From: Gnetum montanum
Lineage: Eukaryota > Plantae > Gnetophyta
Reading direction: 5' to 3'
Assembly: GCA_015680685.1 (NCBI GenBank)
Contig: MNCI01000627.1
Location: forward strand, 532,625 to 596,624
Length of the DNA: 64,000 bases
In this document: positions 11,135-25,100 of the stretch, one piece after another
Layout of the letters: the number at the start of each line of letters is the position of its first letter
Numbering within the stretch: position 1 is the stretch's first letter
Notes under the pieces: generated by a model
Databases searched by the model: none
What the model was told of the DNA's origin: nothing
What the model saw: only the letters and a program-made list of their open reading frames with translations
Position numbers and translations under genes: made by a program

Positions 11135-14100
11135 GTGGTTTTGTATTGTTAAATTCTATGTCCCTACTAGCAAGTTAGTTGTTAGTATCTATAGTTTTTC
11201 TTAAATTTGATATGAAATCCAGGATGGAAGGAGTCATTTAAATTCATTGTTGCTGGAGATGAAGTGAAGGAGGGAAAACCGTTTCCTGACATGTAAGTTG
11301 TTCAGGTTTTACCCTGCATGAATGCGTGCACTTTCTTATAATTTATAGTTATTTGGACAGGACATATAAAATTGCACATATTTTATTTATGAATGCAGAT
11401 ATATTGAAACAGCGAAGCAATTGCAGGCTGAACCTAGTAGCTGCCTTGTCATTGAAGATTCACTGTAATGCTATTGTACTTTGTAATTTTTGGATCCTTT
11501 TTATTGGAGGCTACCATTTGTTCAAGTTCATGTTTAATTTCTAGTAGCATTTGACTTAATATGTTAACAGTTATAGTATTTAACTTTTATCAATTAGGTT
11601 CAGGGTTCAAATTTACATATGCCACTTGGGGTCATAGACAATAGCTATAAAAACTATCATCAAATCACCTGCTTAGCCTAAGGGTCACAATAATTCAACG
11701 GGATAAAGCCAATGATGATGATGAATCTAGAGCAGTTGAGGTAATAGAACTACTTAAGGCAGTTGCGCATAGCTAAATCCATTAGCATAATACCTTTGTG
11801 TTCCTTTATAAATACAATGTTTCTAAGGCTTTAATGTACCCCATTTGTACAAACATACCTGTCAAACTCATAGACGTTGGTTACTTTTCATCATCAGTTT
11901 CTGCATATTTTGCGTGTATTGAGTAAACAGCTTAATTGAATGCCAAATATTGGAGTATGCCTGCTTTCATCTACGTTTAAAATTAATATTTTTGGGATTT
12001 TAAACACCCATTTTGAGATTATGAGATGTTCTAAATGGCTGGAAATTTCATCCTGTCAAACTTTGTAACTGTATCTATTGATGTTTGTCAACCTTTGATT
12101 TTTTTCTTTGTTTGTTCCTTGGATAAATTAATCAATTACTATGAGCATTGATTATCATCCTCCTCATTGCAATTTGGGGGACATGATTTTTTTGCCTGAT
12201 TAAATTCCTAAATCATTTCAAAAAATCTAATAAAATTGATAATGAGGGACGAAAGTTTTATGCATTTTCCCATAACTTTGGGAAATTTCATTATTTATAC
12301 ATTTCTCATCAGAGATTTTCTCCCTGCTTTTATGAAGCCAAAACTGAATTTATTTTTTTACCTTAAAAAGACCTCATAATGTATTATTACACTTAAATCA
12401 TACTGAAACTTTTGTCAATTCAGTGGATATAAATTATTAGCAATTCATTAGCATCACCATCATTGCCTATATTCTATCAAACTTGGGTGACCTGTTTCAG
12501 TAGGCAAGTGATTTGATGATGATTTTATTTGTGGCCTGCTATCTATCTAAAACAAACCTGAACATGACTTTTTTGCAATAACCCCGTCTGGCATGTATCT
12601 TGGTATGACCTGTTTAGATATCATCGTCATTTCTAGGAAACAAATCACAAGCCTTACTAACATGCTACCCTTTGATAACTTATTAGTAACTGTATCCCTT
12701 TATTTTTCAAGGATATTCAAATGAAACATGTAAGGAAGCTATGCAATGCACCTTCTAATCATGTCATTGAGACAATCAAACTGTTCTTTCTTTGCATGGG
12801 ATGCACATTCATCAACTTGTTTTAATTGTTAGGTAATCTGTATTGTTAGATGCAACTGACTTATGTGTGCAAGCGATCTTTAGCTTTTTTTTTTTTAATT
12901 TGTCCTAGGAGCTCAACATGTGATTATTGCAAATAAAATTTCTTCTTATCATTTGCATTACTTAGAAATTTTTACCGCACCCTCTTTCACCATCCAGCAA
13001 ATTGAAACTATATCAATCATGCTTTTCAATTACAGATTTTGAACTCATGCTTTTTCCCTTGTTAAAATAAACCATTTTCATAGTTTGAATTATTTCTTTG
13101 AAATTTTTACTTTTTGTGAGCTTTTTTTTTGGAGTATATACAAAAAAATTGACAACTAACGTCAGGCTCTAGCGGTAGCATATGTTTCATTAAGAGAGTT
13201 TATTTGTCATTAAAATTTTTTTTCTGTACATTCTTTATCTATTTCTATTATCTTTGATTCAAGCTTGGCCTGAATGTAATCGAACCAAATAGAATTGTTT
13301 GTTTCACAGTATTATTGAAAATTTGTCTTCAGTTCAGGTGCCTTATCATTTATATTTGCTTCTAAGAGCATATAGAGCACTTCCAGTTAGTTTCAGATTA
13401 TCATTCTATTTTGTGTTACCATTATTATTGTTTTTGATAGCTTACGCAGTGGAACCTTGATCATGTCTCTCAGTTGATCTTTAAGATTCCAAGACTGCCC
13501 TGGTTCTACCTAGACTTTTATCACATTTGTTAAACTGCACATTTATCTTGTAGGTGTTATTGCTGCACTCTAGATGCCAGTATTTTTAAAATTGCATTGT
13601 GTTAATTTTGGCATCTCCTATATGATCTTCATTTTGTGGTCTGTCATTATATCTGTTTTGTTAACGTCAATTTTCCATTTTGAACATTTGCAAAAGTAAT
13701 CAAATTTTTACAACAGAGTTTGTTAACTTTTACTTCCCCTAAAGTTCAATGTCACATCATCTGCAAATAATAAAAACTTGCAAATACCTAGCCTAGTTTC
13801 ACATAATGGTCATCAGAGATCATTTTTGTTCATTCTTCTAATTAAAAAAAGGCCAAAGATTGTGGATAACAACTGGCAAACCTTCCTTTGCAAAAAAATC
13901 AAAATAAAGCAAGCTACAAAATGGCAGCCTTTTTTTCCTCAAAATATCAAAGGTTTATCATATCTTGTTCATATAATTGCTGCATGACAGGTAGCAAATT
14001 TTCTGGCACATAAAGATCAGCAGCCATTGCTATCAATTCATTCTAAATAGCGATGCAGGAGCCTTTTGAAGAATTTACAAAGCAAATATAAGTCTTGTTT

Positions 14101-15825
14101 TGCTGGCTTTTTGCTTTAATTTAGCATACGGAATACCAAAAGGTGGAAAGCCTGGGTACATGTAGTTCCAAGTCATGATTATTCCATTCATTCATCGAAA
14201 CAATTTTTAAAAGTGATGTGATACTTATTCAAAGGCCTTCTAAACTGATACATGGGTTTTCTCAAAAGCATGCAATATCTATATAACAAATATTTTATTT
14301 AAATCTCACGTACGAAGTATGCCAATGGATATATCTATTCTAAAAGTATACGAAACAAATAATAGGCTCTGATTGACGGTATGCAGCTTGATTGATACAG
14401 TATCCGCAATGTTCTTAATAAGTAAATGTTGATTAAAATCACCACTTAAGCTACCTTTTATCATCATGTATTTTTTATTTTCTGAATCTTTCTCGTAGCA
14501 CAAGAAAAGTTTACGTCAATGTTCCTCTTTTTGTGTGTGTAAAAACTGCTAATGTTCATGGTCATTTAATTCTCAAAATGTTTCTCTCTGGTAATGGTGG
14601 CTCGTTGAATCATGTTCTAGGAACATGTTATTATGGGTTATTTCTATGTTTCTTACTTAGGATTCTTCAATCTTATCTATATAATTTTGATTGATTTTAT
14701 AGTAATATTTACCAGTGTTAAAGCTGGGAAGGCAGCTGGCATGGATGTCCTAGCTGTTCCATCTATTCCAAAACAAGCTCATCTTTATACTGAAGCTGAT
14801 ATGGTTTTAAGTAGTCTACTTGATTTGCGCCTAGAAGAATGGGGTCTTCCACCATTTGAAGACTGTAAATTTCTAAATCTTTTAAATTTGTATTTGTCAT
14901 TTTTCTAGAAATGGTATGAATGTAGATATAATTGAATTCATAAAATGTTGTGGGATGCATTACGATATTTGGTTCTTGCTAATATTTACTGCAAACATGT
15001 ACAGGTCCATAACATTTTCATCTTTATATATTTACATCCTGTTATGAATTCTCTCATTATCATCTGATTCCTTTGTGTCCAGGGGTAGGAGAAACGTTAC
15101 CAATTGAACCTTGGTACATTAATGGCCCTGTTGTCAAGGGATTTGGTAGAGGTTCCAAACTTCTTGGCATACCAACAGGTACATAGAATAGTTGAAAACA
15201 TATGTTGTCATGTTATCATGGGTGATGACAGTTTGAATTCAACTTTGTTTTGTTGGGCAGCCAATCTATCAGCTGATGCATTTTCTTCTATTATTGCACA
15301 CCAAGCATGTGGAGTATACATGGGTTGGGCTGGACTATCTAATCGGGGAATATTTAAGATGGTTATGAGCATAGGATGGAACCCTTACTTTAATAATACC
15401 AAAAAGACAATTGTAAGTCTGTAATGTCAAATTAAAAACAATAACACTTTTTCAATGATGGCTTGTTACATTTCTATTTTGGAATACAACTTTTCAAGCA
15501 ACTATTTTTACCCTAGTCAGTAATTTTATAGGAACCATGGCTGCTACATGAATTTGGTGAAGATTTCTATGGGGAAGAACTGAGCCTCATTGTGGTTGGG
15601 TACATCCGGCCTGAGGTATATGTCCATATCATCATACTAAAAAGTTTTTCAAGAAGTACGTTTGAACATGCTTACATGTTATAATTTATGCAGGCAAACT
15701 TTCCGTCTCTAGAGGCCTTGATAGAGAGAATTTATGAAGACAGACGAATTGCTGAAGCAACCCTTGACCTTCCACCTTATAAACAGTATAATGATGATCC
15801 ATTTTTGACATTACATAAAATCTAA
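11004..15825 (+). CDS. FHY: bifunctional FMN hydrolase (HAD)/riboflavin kinase gene, 5'-truncated; 8 exons present, kinase domain intact
   Basis: Spliced translation WSKAKPLPGASRLIKHL..ALASNS..GKPFPDI..CLVIEDSL..KAGKAAG..GPVVKGFGRGSKLLGIPTANL..GVYMGWA..MVMSIGWNPYF..EPWLLHEF..GYIRPEANF matches plant FHY/RFK. Introns are GT-AG with consistent phases. No N-terminal DxDGT exon was found in the window. Confidence 0.93.
11223..11292 (+). CDS. FHY: FHY/RFK exon (GWKESF..GKPFPD)
   Basis: ccag|GA TGG AAG...GAC AT|gtaag. Confidence 0.9.
11399..11464 (+). CDS. FHY: FHY/RFK exon (CLVIEDS)
   Basis: tgcag|A TAT ATT...GAT TCA CT|gtaat. Confidence 0.9.
14716..14864 (+). CDS. FHY: FHY/RFK exon (VKAGKAAG..WGLPPFED); 5' boundary looks damaged
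   Basis: The in-frame acceptor nearest the homologous sequence is accag|T GTT AAA; donor GAC T|gtaaat. Confidence 0.8.
15083..15178 (+). CDS. FHY: FHY/RFK exon (start of kinase domain, GFGRGSK.LGIPT)
   Basis: tccag|GG GTA...ACA G|gt. Confidence 0.93.
15261..15412 (+). CDS. FHY: FHY/RFK exon (ANL..GVY.GWA..SIGWNPYF)
   Basis: ggcag|CC AAT...ACA ATT|gtaag. Confidence 0.93.
15532..15615 (+). CDS. FHY: FHY/RFK exon (EPWLLH..GYIRPE)
   Basis: tatag|GAA CCA TGG...CCT GAG|gtat. Confidence 0.93.
15694..15825 (+). CDS. FHY: FHY/RFK last exon
   Basis: tgcag|GCA AAC TTT...AAA ATC TAA. Confidence 0.93.
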   Translation, partial: ANFPSLEALIERIYEDRRIAEATLDLPPYKQYNDDPFLTLHKI

Positions 15826-16789
15826 TTTTTTAAAGAGAATGATTCCCTTTCCTAGTCGATATTGTATCATCGTATGACTCTGCCTTCTAGTGTTACAATT
15901 ATGTCTATTTATCTAGATGAAATACTTGGTTCATGTGAAAGTACCTATAATAATGAGTCTTTTTGCCTTAAATGGAGGGCCGTTGGGAAGCAAATGCTCG
16001 ATATATTATCCACTCCAGGTTGGGACATGTTATATGATAAAAATAGTGACTTGGCGTCAGTCAAGGTGACCATACAATTCCTGTCAATTGATGGGAGAGC
16101 TGAATTGCCTTTTACTGTAGCAAACAAATATTTCAGACATGCTTCCATTTCTGTGGGTGGAGAATATACCCATTATAAAAATTATCTAATTCAAACTTTG
16201 TTATATTTCATTGCATTATTAGTAATGTAACCAATTAAACGGATATTGAATTTATTAGTAGAAACTTGTAACAAATTGAATTCTAAATGTTCATCATCAT
16301 TGTTTTTAATTTAGAGTTGAACCATTACTTCCCCATGATATAATATAAGATGTTCTTAAAAGAAAATTTATTTAAAAATTTAGGTGTGGATAATGAGTAT
16401 TTTTTTAAAAGTACAAGAACAACTCATTTCAAATTATAGGGTAGGAGCTTTTCACTTTTATAAATTATTGTTTCATGGTGTATAGTTTCATTTGTAATGA
16501 TGTTACAATGTATTGGTTCAATTTTGTACATACCTTGTTAACAACTAACATGGTACTTTAGAAGAATTATGAAACTTAAACTAATATTTTATTATGGTGG
16601 TAGATCTAGTTCCAAAAAATATTGCTTTTAAAATAGAAAAGTAGAGATATGCTATAGAATCAAAAAGCTTTAAAATTAGCATAAGATAAAATATATGGAA
16701 TGCAATCTTAATAGCATAAATAGTGGTGAAATAGAAGGGACAAATCAACGTTAAAAAGTCTCTCACTAAAAATCATTCTATTTGTTTAA

Positions 16790-17472
16790 TCTTCCAACAA
16801 TATGGTGAAATTAATAAAGAAATAAAAAATAGAATTAAGTTAGGATAGTCAAAATGGAAGCAAGCTAGTGATGCTCTATGTGATAAAAAGAATATCAATA
16901 AAACTAAAGGGAAAATTTTACAAGACAACAATCAAAGTTGTTATCTTATATGGTAATGAATGTTGGGTAACACATAAGAGACATGAACAACAAATCAGTG
17001 TGGCAAAAATGTGAATGCTTAGATAGATGTTGAATGTTACTAAAAATGATAAATTGCATAATGCTTAGATAGATGTTGAATTTTACTAGAAAAGATAAAT
17101 TGCATAATACAGATATTAAAGAAAGACTTGGAATGGCTTCTATTTTAAACAAGTTAGGAATGGTAGCTTAGATGGTTTGGGCATACGCAAAAAAAGATTA
17201 GAACCACTTACACCAAATAAAACGATTTACTTCGCTCGATGGGTTTTTAAAATTGATGGGGCCCCCAACAATAACCCTATAAAAAAATCTTGCTACATCA
17301 CTATTTCAAGAAAGCCATTGAAAGGAAGACTAAAAAAGACATGGAAAAACAATTGAAGATGATTTCAAAAAATTGCAAATAAACAAATTTTAGCTCTTGA
17401 GGAAAAGTGAAATGCTAAAAAAAAAAAACTTATGTAGCCCACCCCATTTTATTAGGACAAGGCTAGGATGAT
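16790..17472 (+). mobile_element. 5'-truncated, decayed RTE-clade LINE (C-terminal RT region and 3' tail)
   Basis: Frameshifted translation GEI..IKNRI..G*.KWKQAS..LCDK..KLKGKFYKT..ILYG.ECW. Tail GTAGCCCCACCCC...GGACAAGGCT.GGATGATG resembles plant RTE tails. Confidence 0.8.
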
Positions 17473-19710
17473 GCTAAAACTAATATTTTATTAAGTCTCT
17501 ATAGACCCAAAATATCTCTTATACAAATTAACTTGTCCATTATACATTCATTAACAATAGATCTTTGAGTATAGTAGTTGTGTTTAATATTCATATAACT
17601 TGTATATAATTTTGTAGAACTAACATTAGTAGCTTGAATAATTCATAAAAAAAATTGACTAGAGATCTATCATTTTCTTTCAAAGAAATGTCGTTCAATA
17701 ACATTCTAATAATATATGTTGCTCATCTTTTGTTTTCATGTTGTTCATTGTTCCATCTTCTAATTTCAACGGAGAGATGGTGTGCTTCCATTCTTACTCC
17801 ACAAATTAGTGGTTTCATAGATATTGGAATTGTTGCATGTTGATATTCAATTGTATCATATGTACTCCTTTTAATTTTTTATTAGTAAAATTAAAGCTTT
17901 TTTATATTTTTGCCTCATTTTTTCATTTTTCTAAAACTTTTTGTGTAGTGAGCTTTCAAACTTGTTCTAAATTTATTATTACATCAATATTATCAATACT
18001 CTATTTTTGTAGCCATAATTACTCTTTATGGATCTACCTTTGTTATTAAGATTTTAAAATAATCTCTCTTGAGATCTTATTCATGGAACTACCCTTGTTG
18101 GTGATATTTTCAAATGATCTTATTCATGAATAATACACACATTTATTATATTTAGGATAGGCTGCTACTAATGCATTTTGCACAAGTTCATTTATCTAAT
18201 AAAATTTTTTAATTGACATAAATATAATAAAATAATTATAAAATATCAGTAAAAAGTTATTTGAGTAAAATGTTAAAATTGATACATTGCTTTAGTTTCC
18301 AATGACAACAAATTAGTTTCTTATAAAAGTATAGGGATTTAAGTTTTCACCTTGATTTCATCCAACAAGAATTGGTTTTGAGGTTTTTCACTTTTCTTGC
18401 ATGATTTTTGATCAAAACTTGAGCCTACACCACACATCGATAAAGCATGAATTAATTTTATTTACACTATATTAAATTAAATAAACTAGATGTAGAAGCT
18501 CACTATCCCTCAACTACTATTCCCATTAAGTATCAAAATGTTATTAGCAAGCTTTGCTTAAGTTCACATTATCTTAGAATTGAAAGTGGAAGATAGATCT
18601 AACTTCCTCGAGAAGAGTACATTTGTAGGTTGTGCAAATCATGAGCCCTTAAAGATAAGTTACATGTGTTTCTTTCTTTTACTATGACTACCCATTTGAA
18701 CTAGTATTATAATGTTACAACAAAAGACCTATATGATTTATTTTCAATGCCCCCATTGGTGCTTGATCAATTTGTAGAGTCTATCTTTATTTTTCAGGAA
18801 AATGTAATATCTATCCAATAGATCATATAGGTCTTTAGACATAATAAAGCTTCATTTCATTTTCCTCTTTTAAAGAGCATAACAGTTATACTAATCACCA
18901 ACTATCTAGTCAAATCATTTTGAAATCCTTCATTAAGCATTTTAATGTATCTTCACAAGCTAACATTTCAATAATTAAACATATAGTTTTTTACATCTAT
19001 AAATTTTTCAAAAACTAATTTCTCAATTCCCTCTACTATTTCATCACACGTAAGTTATAAAATATATGAGAATATGCAACTAGTTATGTTTTTTTTTGCC
19101 TTATGATAAAATAGATTTTTATAGAACCCTTTTATTTATGCAAATGGATTATTACTACAAGGAGATTTCTAAAAATTTTGTAAATCTCACTCTATCATTT
19201 GCACCATATTTTATTGGTTCTCTTTTAGAAATTTTCTTATTTTTTCCTTGAAGCAATTTCATGTAGTCCACTAATTTGAAGGACAAAGTTCATGTAGTAA
19301 GTAACTTCATGTTCTTGTTTTTTTCTTGAAGCAATTTCATGTAGTCCACCATATAAACTTATTCAATAGTAAGCAAAATTTGAAGGAAATTATTATGAAC
19401 ATGATATTCCAATGCATGCAAAGATTGTTAAACAAGTTTGGAAGATAAGAGATCCCTAAACCAATAAGGAAAAGAATATGTACATTTTGTAATAATTCAA
19501 GGACAACGGAGCTATGCCACATAGATTATAATTCTTCAAAATCAATTATTTTTAATAATGTTATCATGATGTAATTTTTGTACAAGGCTAATCACTTTGG
19601 AATTTTGTCCAATGTAGCATTTGCAATTTTGTTATATAATTAATGATGTAGTCAATGTAATCATATTCACCTCATAATTTTTGTAATTAGACTCTGTCCA
19701 TTTTTTATAA

Positions 19711-19777
19711 CTTGAGGGTGAGGTTTTGATAAGTCATGAGGGTATGATGAAACATCAAATAACTTATATTGAGAAGC
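19711..19777 (+). mobile_element. possible PPT/LTR junction of an older LTR element underlying the duplicated flank
   Basis: TTGAGGGTGAGGTTTTGATAAGTCATGAGGGTA|TGATGA resembles the junction at 796-831. Confidence 0.4.
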
Positions 19778-21904
19778 CTAAGCCTAAGATGACATTTCAC
19801 TTAAAAAACCAACATAGCCCTTACCTTAAAATTGAGGAAATCAAGTTGTCACCTTATATCAACATAGTTGTGATGTCATAGCATATGATGTATTAATGTA
19901 AATGTGACAACACAACCAACCAATTTGCCTATAAATATAAGCAACATGTAGTGCATTTCTCATAGTTTTTAGTCTATAGTAGTGATATATATTGGCTTTA
20001 GAGGGAGCCACCTCATGATCAATGAGGTCTTACATAGTGGAGATTTTTGTTCTTTTGTGTTAAGCATGACTTGACTGCGAGTTTGCTGAGGTTGCAACTA
20101 TGTTGTGATGATGTTCTTCTTCTAGCATGGATTGAACATGACTTTCGTGTAGGTCATGCTTGGTGCCAATAAAGACTAGAAATAACTACAACAACTAATT
20201 GTGATTAGGTCGTAGGCTGCACTAGATTTTAAGTGCAAGTTGAGTGTTGATGTGATGCAATGAGTAAGAAGGTTGCGAGTTATGCTAGAGTAGCAGTAGG
20301 TGGTTTTTGTCCATTACAAGTCTACCACAACTTGCAGTGAAGTTGAAAATACGCTTTTGTGTAGACTACAAGGGGAAAACAAATATGGTGCAAGCAATGG
20401 AGTATCACCATAGGGATAATAGAGTATTGTCATAGGGGTATGAGTCAATTGTAGGTTGGCTACATGCTAAAGAAAAGGCTAATGAATTATTTAAAAGGGG
20501 CCATGATCTAGTTGTAATAGGGATGTTAGTGCACTACGAGTAGTTGGCAATTTTTTTCATTTGACTACAAGTCCACTACAACTTGCAATGTTGTCAAAAT
20601 ATTTGATGGTAATCACTCGAAGGATGTGAGGGCACCATGAGGGTGACACAACTCATGATTTTACTATAGATAATTTTCCAAAACTTGAATTTTGAATGGA
20701 ACTTATGCAGATCAACTTGATCTTGATTCCTCCTTCCAAGATTTTTTTGTTATGATCTATAGCAAAGATGAAAAGCCTAGAATGATGGGATTTTGAAGAG
20801 AAACCACAAATATCTAAGGTGTGGGATTTGTTTTGGTAACTCCATGGCTAAGATTTTGAGGATGGAGTGCACCCCCCCCCATTCTTGACTTAGGCTTAAA
20901 TGGCTCATACCTATATGAGTAATTTGAGAGCAAAGGGAAATGGAAACTCAGCTTCATGGAACATGAGATTGCAAGCTTATCTTTTAATTGGTTTATTTTA
21001 TAAATTAGAATAGGAATTAAAACAATGCTAGAATGATAAAATGCTTGAAATAATGATATTGATATAGGTGATATAACTAAGATGTTGAAATTGATGAAAC
21101 TACTATTTTTTTTTAAATTTTTTGCATACAAGAGAGAGAGATCTACTCATGTAACACTCAACTAGAGAGAGAACATCAAAATATTATAAAACTTGAGAGA
21201 GAGAAAATAACATATAAATAAAGAGAAATCATAAACTTCTATTGCTAGATTGAATAAAATGATGCATCAAGATAATGCCTCTTAAGAAGGTGCTTTTATA
21301 AGCACTCTTTACTCTACTCCAAAATGGTGGTGGAGTTCCTCACATTCTCTCATATGATGACATGATTGGAGGTGGAGGTGCTTAAGAGTATGCTCCACAT
21401 CTTGGGGAGTTCTCTCTTGTCTTGACTTTCTCTCACAACATAGAAATTTGCATAAATTTAGCTATTTAATTTAATACATATAATTAATTATTTAATGTTG
21501 TTAGATGCATTTCAATAGACTCACTAATTATTATCACTATTGTTGTTGTTGTTGTTAGTTTCTTGCGTAAGTGAATGCAAGCTGCTTGCTAGGGTATTTT
21601 GTTAAAGTTTTGTATCCTTTGTTTTAGTATTATTGGAGTGAGTCATAGATCTATTGTATATTATATGATTAAATGTTTAAATCCAATTACCCCAAGAAGT
21701 TTTCTTTTTATCAATTATCATGCCTTTACAAGTATTTGATTTTGCATATTTTATTCTTTATGCACATTTAGTGATGTATATTCAATCCTTATCATGCACA
21801 TTTATTCTTTATTATGTACATTTAATTATGTATCTTTTTATTTTATTATGCATATGTGATTATATAATCTTCTATTCATAAAGCAATCTAGAATCCTAAC
21901 CCTA

Positions 21905-22107
21905 NNNNNNNNNNNNNNNNNNNNNNNNNNNNNNNNNNNNNNNNNNNNNNNNNNNNNNNNNNNNNNNNNNNNNNNNNNNNNNNNNNNNNNNNNNNNNNNN
22001 NNNNNNNNNNNNNNNNNNNNNNNNNNNNNNNNNNNNNNNNNNNNNNNNNNNNNNNNNNNNNNNNNNNNNNNNNNNNNNNNNNNNNNNNNNNNNNNNNNNN
22101 NNNNNNN
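21905..22107. other. assembly gap flanked by a ~1.2 kb near-identical overlap (20711-21904 vs 22108-23299)
   Basis: N run; the sequence after the gap restarts at ATCAACTTGATCTTG, already seen at 20711. Confidence 0.95.
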
Positions 22108-25100
22108 ATCAACTTGATCTTGATTCCTCCTTCCAAGATTTTTTTGTTATGATCTATAGCAAAGATGAAAAGCCTAGAATGATGGGATTTTGAAGAGAAA
22201 CCAAAAATTTCTAAGGTGTGGGATTTGTTTTGGTAACTCCATGGCTAAGATTTTGAGGATGGAGTGTCCCCCCTTATTCTTGACTTAGGCTTAAATGGCT
22301 CATACCTATATGAGTAATTTGAGAGCAAAGGGAAATGGAAACTCAGCTTCATGGAACATGAGATTGCAAGCTTATCTTTTAATTGGTTTATTTTATAAAT
22401 TAGAATAGGAATTAAAACAATGCTAGAATGATAAAATGCTTGAAATAATGATATTGATATAGGTGATATAACTAAGATGTTGAAATTGATGAAACTACTA
22501 TTTTTTTTAAAATTTTTTGCATACAAGAGAGAGAGATCTACTCATGTAACACTCAACTAGAGAGAGAACATCAAAATATTATAAAACTTGAGAGAGAGAA
22601 AATAACATATAAATAAAGAGAAATCATAAACTTCTATTGCTAGATTGAATAAAATGATGCATCAAGATAATGCCTCTTAAGAAGGTGCTTTTATAAGCAC
22701 TCTTTACTCTACTCCAAAATGGTGGTGGAGTTCCTCACATTCTCTCATATGATGACATGATTGGAGGTGGAGGTGCTTAAGAGTATGCTCCACATCTTGG
22801 GGAGTTCTCTCTTGTCTTGACTTTCTCTCACAACATAGAAATTTGCATAAATTTAGCTATTTAATTTAATACATATAATTAATTATTTAATGTTGTTAGA
22901 TGCATTTCAATAGACTCACTAATTATTATCACTATTGTTGTTGTTGTTGTTAGTTTCTTGCGTAAGTGAATGCAAGCTGCTTGCTAGGGTATTTTGTTAA
23001 AGTTTTGTATCCTTTGTTTTAGTATTATTGGAGTGAGTCATAGATCTATTGTATATTATATGATTAAATGTTTAAATCCAATTACCCCAAGAAGTTTTCT
23101 TTTTATCAATTATCATGCCTTTACAAGTATTTGATTTTGCATATTTTATTCTTTATGCACATTTAGTGATGTATATTCAATCCTTATCATGCACATTTAT
23201 TCTTTATTATGTACATTTAATTATGTATCTTTTTATTTTATTATGCATATGTGATTATATAATCTTCTATTCATAAAGCAATCTAGAATCCTAACCCTAC
23301 CCAAACAATGCCCTTATTACTTTTTTTTATTAAATTAGGATTTGGAATTCATTTTTAATCATAATTTAATATTGTGTAAATTAGATTTGTTAAGGGAGTA
23401 CCTTAGGATGATGTCCTACCTAGAATCTAACCTTACCAATGTGTTTGACATGTTTGAAAACGTAGGTTTGAACCTTAGTTCACTAAAATCGAAGTTACGA
23501 TTCTTGAGATATCACACTTTCTAATTTGCTAGAATACTGTAAATGTAAATGTAAGTGTAAATGTAAAAGCATGCTTGTGCAAAAATGTAAATATTACAAG
23601 CACACACATATATGTATTATATGCATAGCATAAAACATATATGTTAAACATATAACACAAGTTGTATTTTTTAAAAAAATTCACCGCCTCTATAACTCAT
23701 TTCTTCTTTTTGAAATAGAAACTATTTTTCATCTTGTTTCCTCATTTCTAAATCATTTTCACCCTAGTTTCTTCTATTTCAAGCTTGTTTCTTTCATTTC
23801 TAAATACATACCAATCCTAGGTGTCATGCTACATGTGATTCTTCCACTTATAAATAGATTGTGGCCTTCGATACATTTTGTTTTAGATCAAAATAGGTTT
23901 TTAGCACATTAGTTCAAAGTGAAGTAAAAGGCTAATTTTGGGCATCTTGGTGGGTAAGAAAGCCTATTTTGGTTTCCTTTTCATATTGCTACCTTATTTT
24001 GTTTTGGATTCAATAAGAAAGATTATTTTAGTTTCCTTTTCATCTGATTGCCCTATTTTTTTATAGATTTTGTAAGGAAAATTATTTTAGTTTCATTTTC
24101 ATATTGTTGCCTTATTTTGTTGTGGATCCTACCTCTCTACTTTTTAGTTTTCTATTATGCTTTTACGCTTTTGGTTAATATACTAAGATTCTATTGAATT
24201 TTCATTATTTTGGGCTTGTTTTTATTTGGAAATTAGTATTTTAATCTTGTCCATACCATATTTTTTCTTTTGGATGAATTTCTGGAATTATGGAAACTTT
24301 GCCCAATTTGCTATGAATATTTTACAAATATTTTAGATATGCTCATGACATAAGTATGATATTGTGAGAATTTTGGCTACCATGGATTTGGCTATTTTGG
24401 AAATCATTTGGAATTTTGGATAAAAGAATAATTATGTGACCATTTCTGCCTAGTTGGTAGTGGGAGCCACGAATTTTTTAGATGCATTTGTTTGCATGTA
24501 GTAGTGTGTGCTCTTTAGTGGAACCCACCCCATGGGAACAAGGGTTGTTGAATGAATTTCCTACCCTAGATTTTGATTTGTAGGTTTATGTGAGGCTATG
24601 GATTTAGCCTAGACCATGGCACTGAGTAATTGAGTCTAGTGGAGTTGCTGTGAGGCATGGTCAAGACCTATTCTTTCAATGATATGTGTGCATTTATTGT
24701 TGAGGATGTTAGTAGTGAGGTTATTACCAAGACCCAACCATGAGTAACTTGTTTGGGGTCACAAGGCTAATTCGATGATAATAGTAAGGTTATTTCAAGA
24801 GATGTTGGTAAGTCCCTTTGGCAATGAGGATAACCAAGACCTAGACTTTGGAGATGCCTAGTTAAAATATACATTCTTTGGATTTTTGTTGAACAAATTT
24901 GTGATATTTTTGGACATTAAAATAATTTAAATGTTAATTTGATGATAGTAGTGAGGCTATTTCACGATCTGATGGTTCATGTTGGCAGTGAGGATAACCA
25001 AGATCTAGCCTTCAAAGATGCTTGGATAAAATATACATTCTTGCAATTTTTGAATATTTTTTGGATTTCTAGATTTCTTTTAGATAGTTGGAAAATGTGT

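Noticed and set aside
15862-16230. 122-aa ORF after the FHY stop codon
   Set aside because: Non-ATG start, lies in the probable 3' UTR, no recognisable motif.
20711-23299. 1.2 kb direct repeat on either side of the N gap
   Set aside because: Near-identical overlap across a scaffold gap. The first ~170 nt after the gap carry copy-A variants (CCAAAAATTTC, GTGTCCCCCCTT), pointing to mis-assembly rather than biology.
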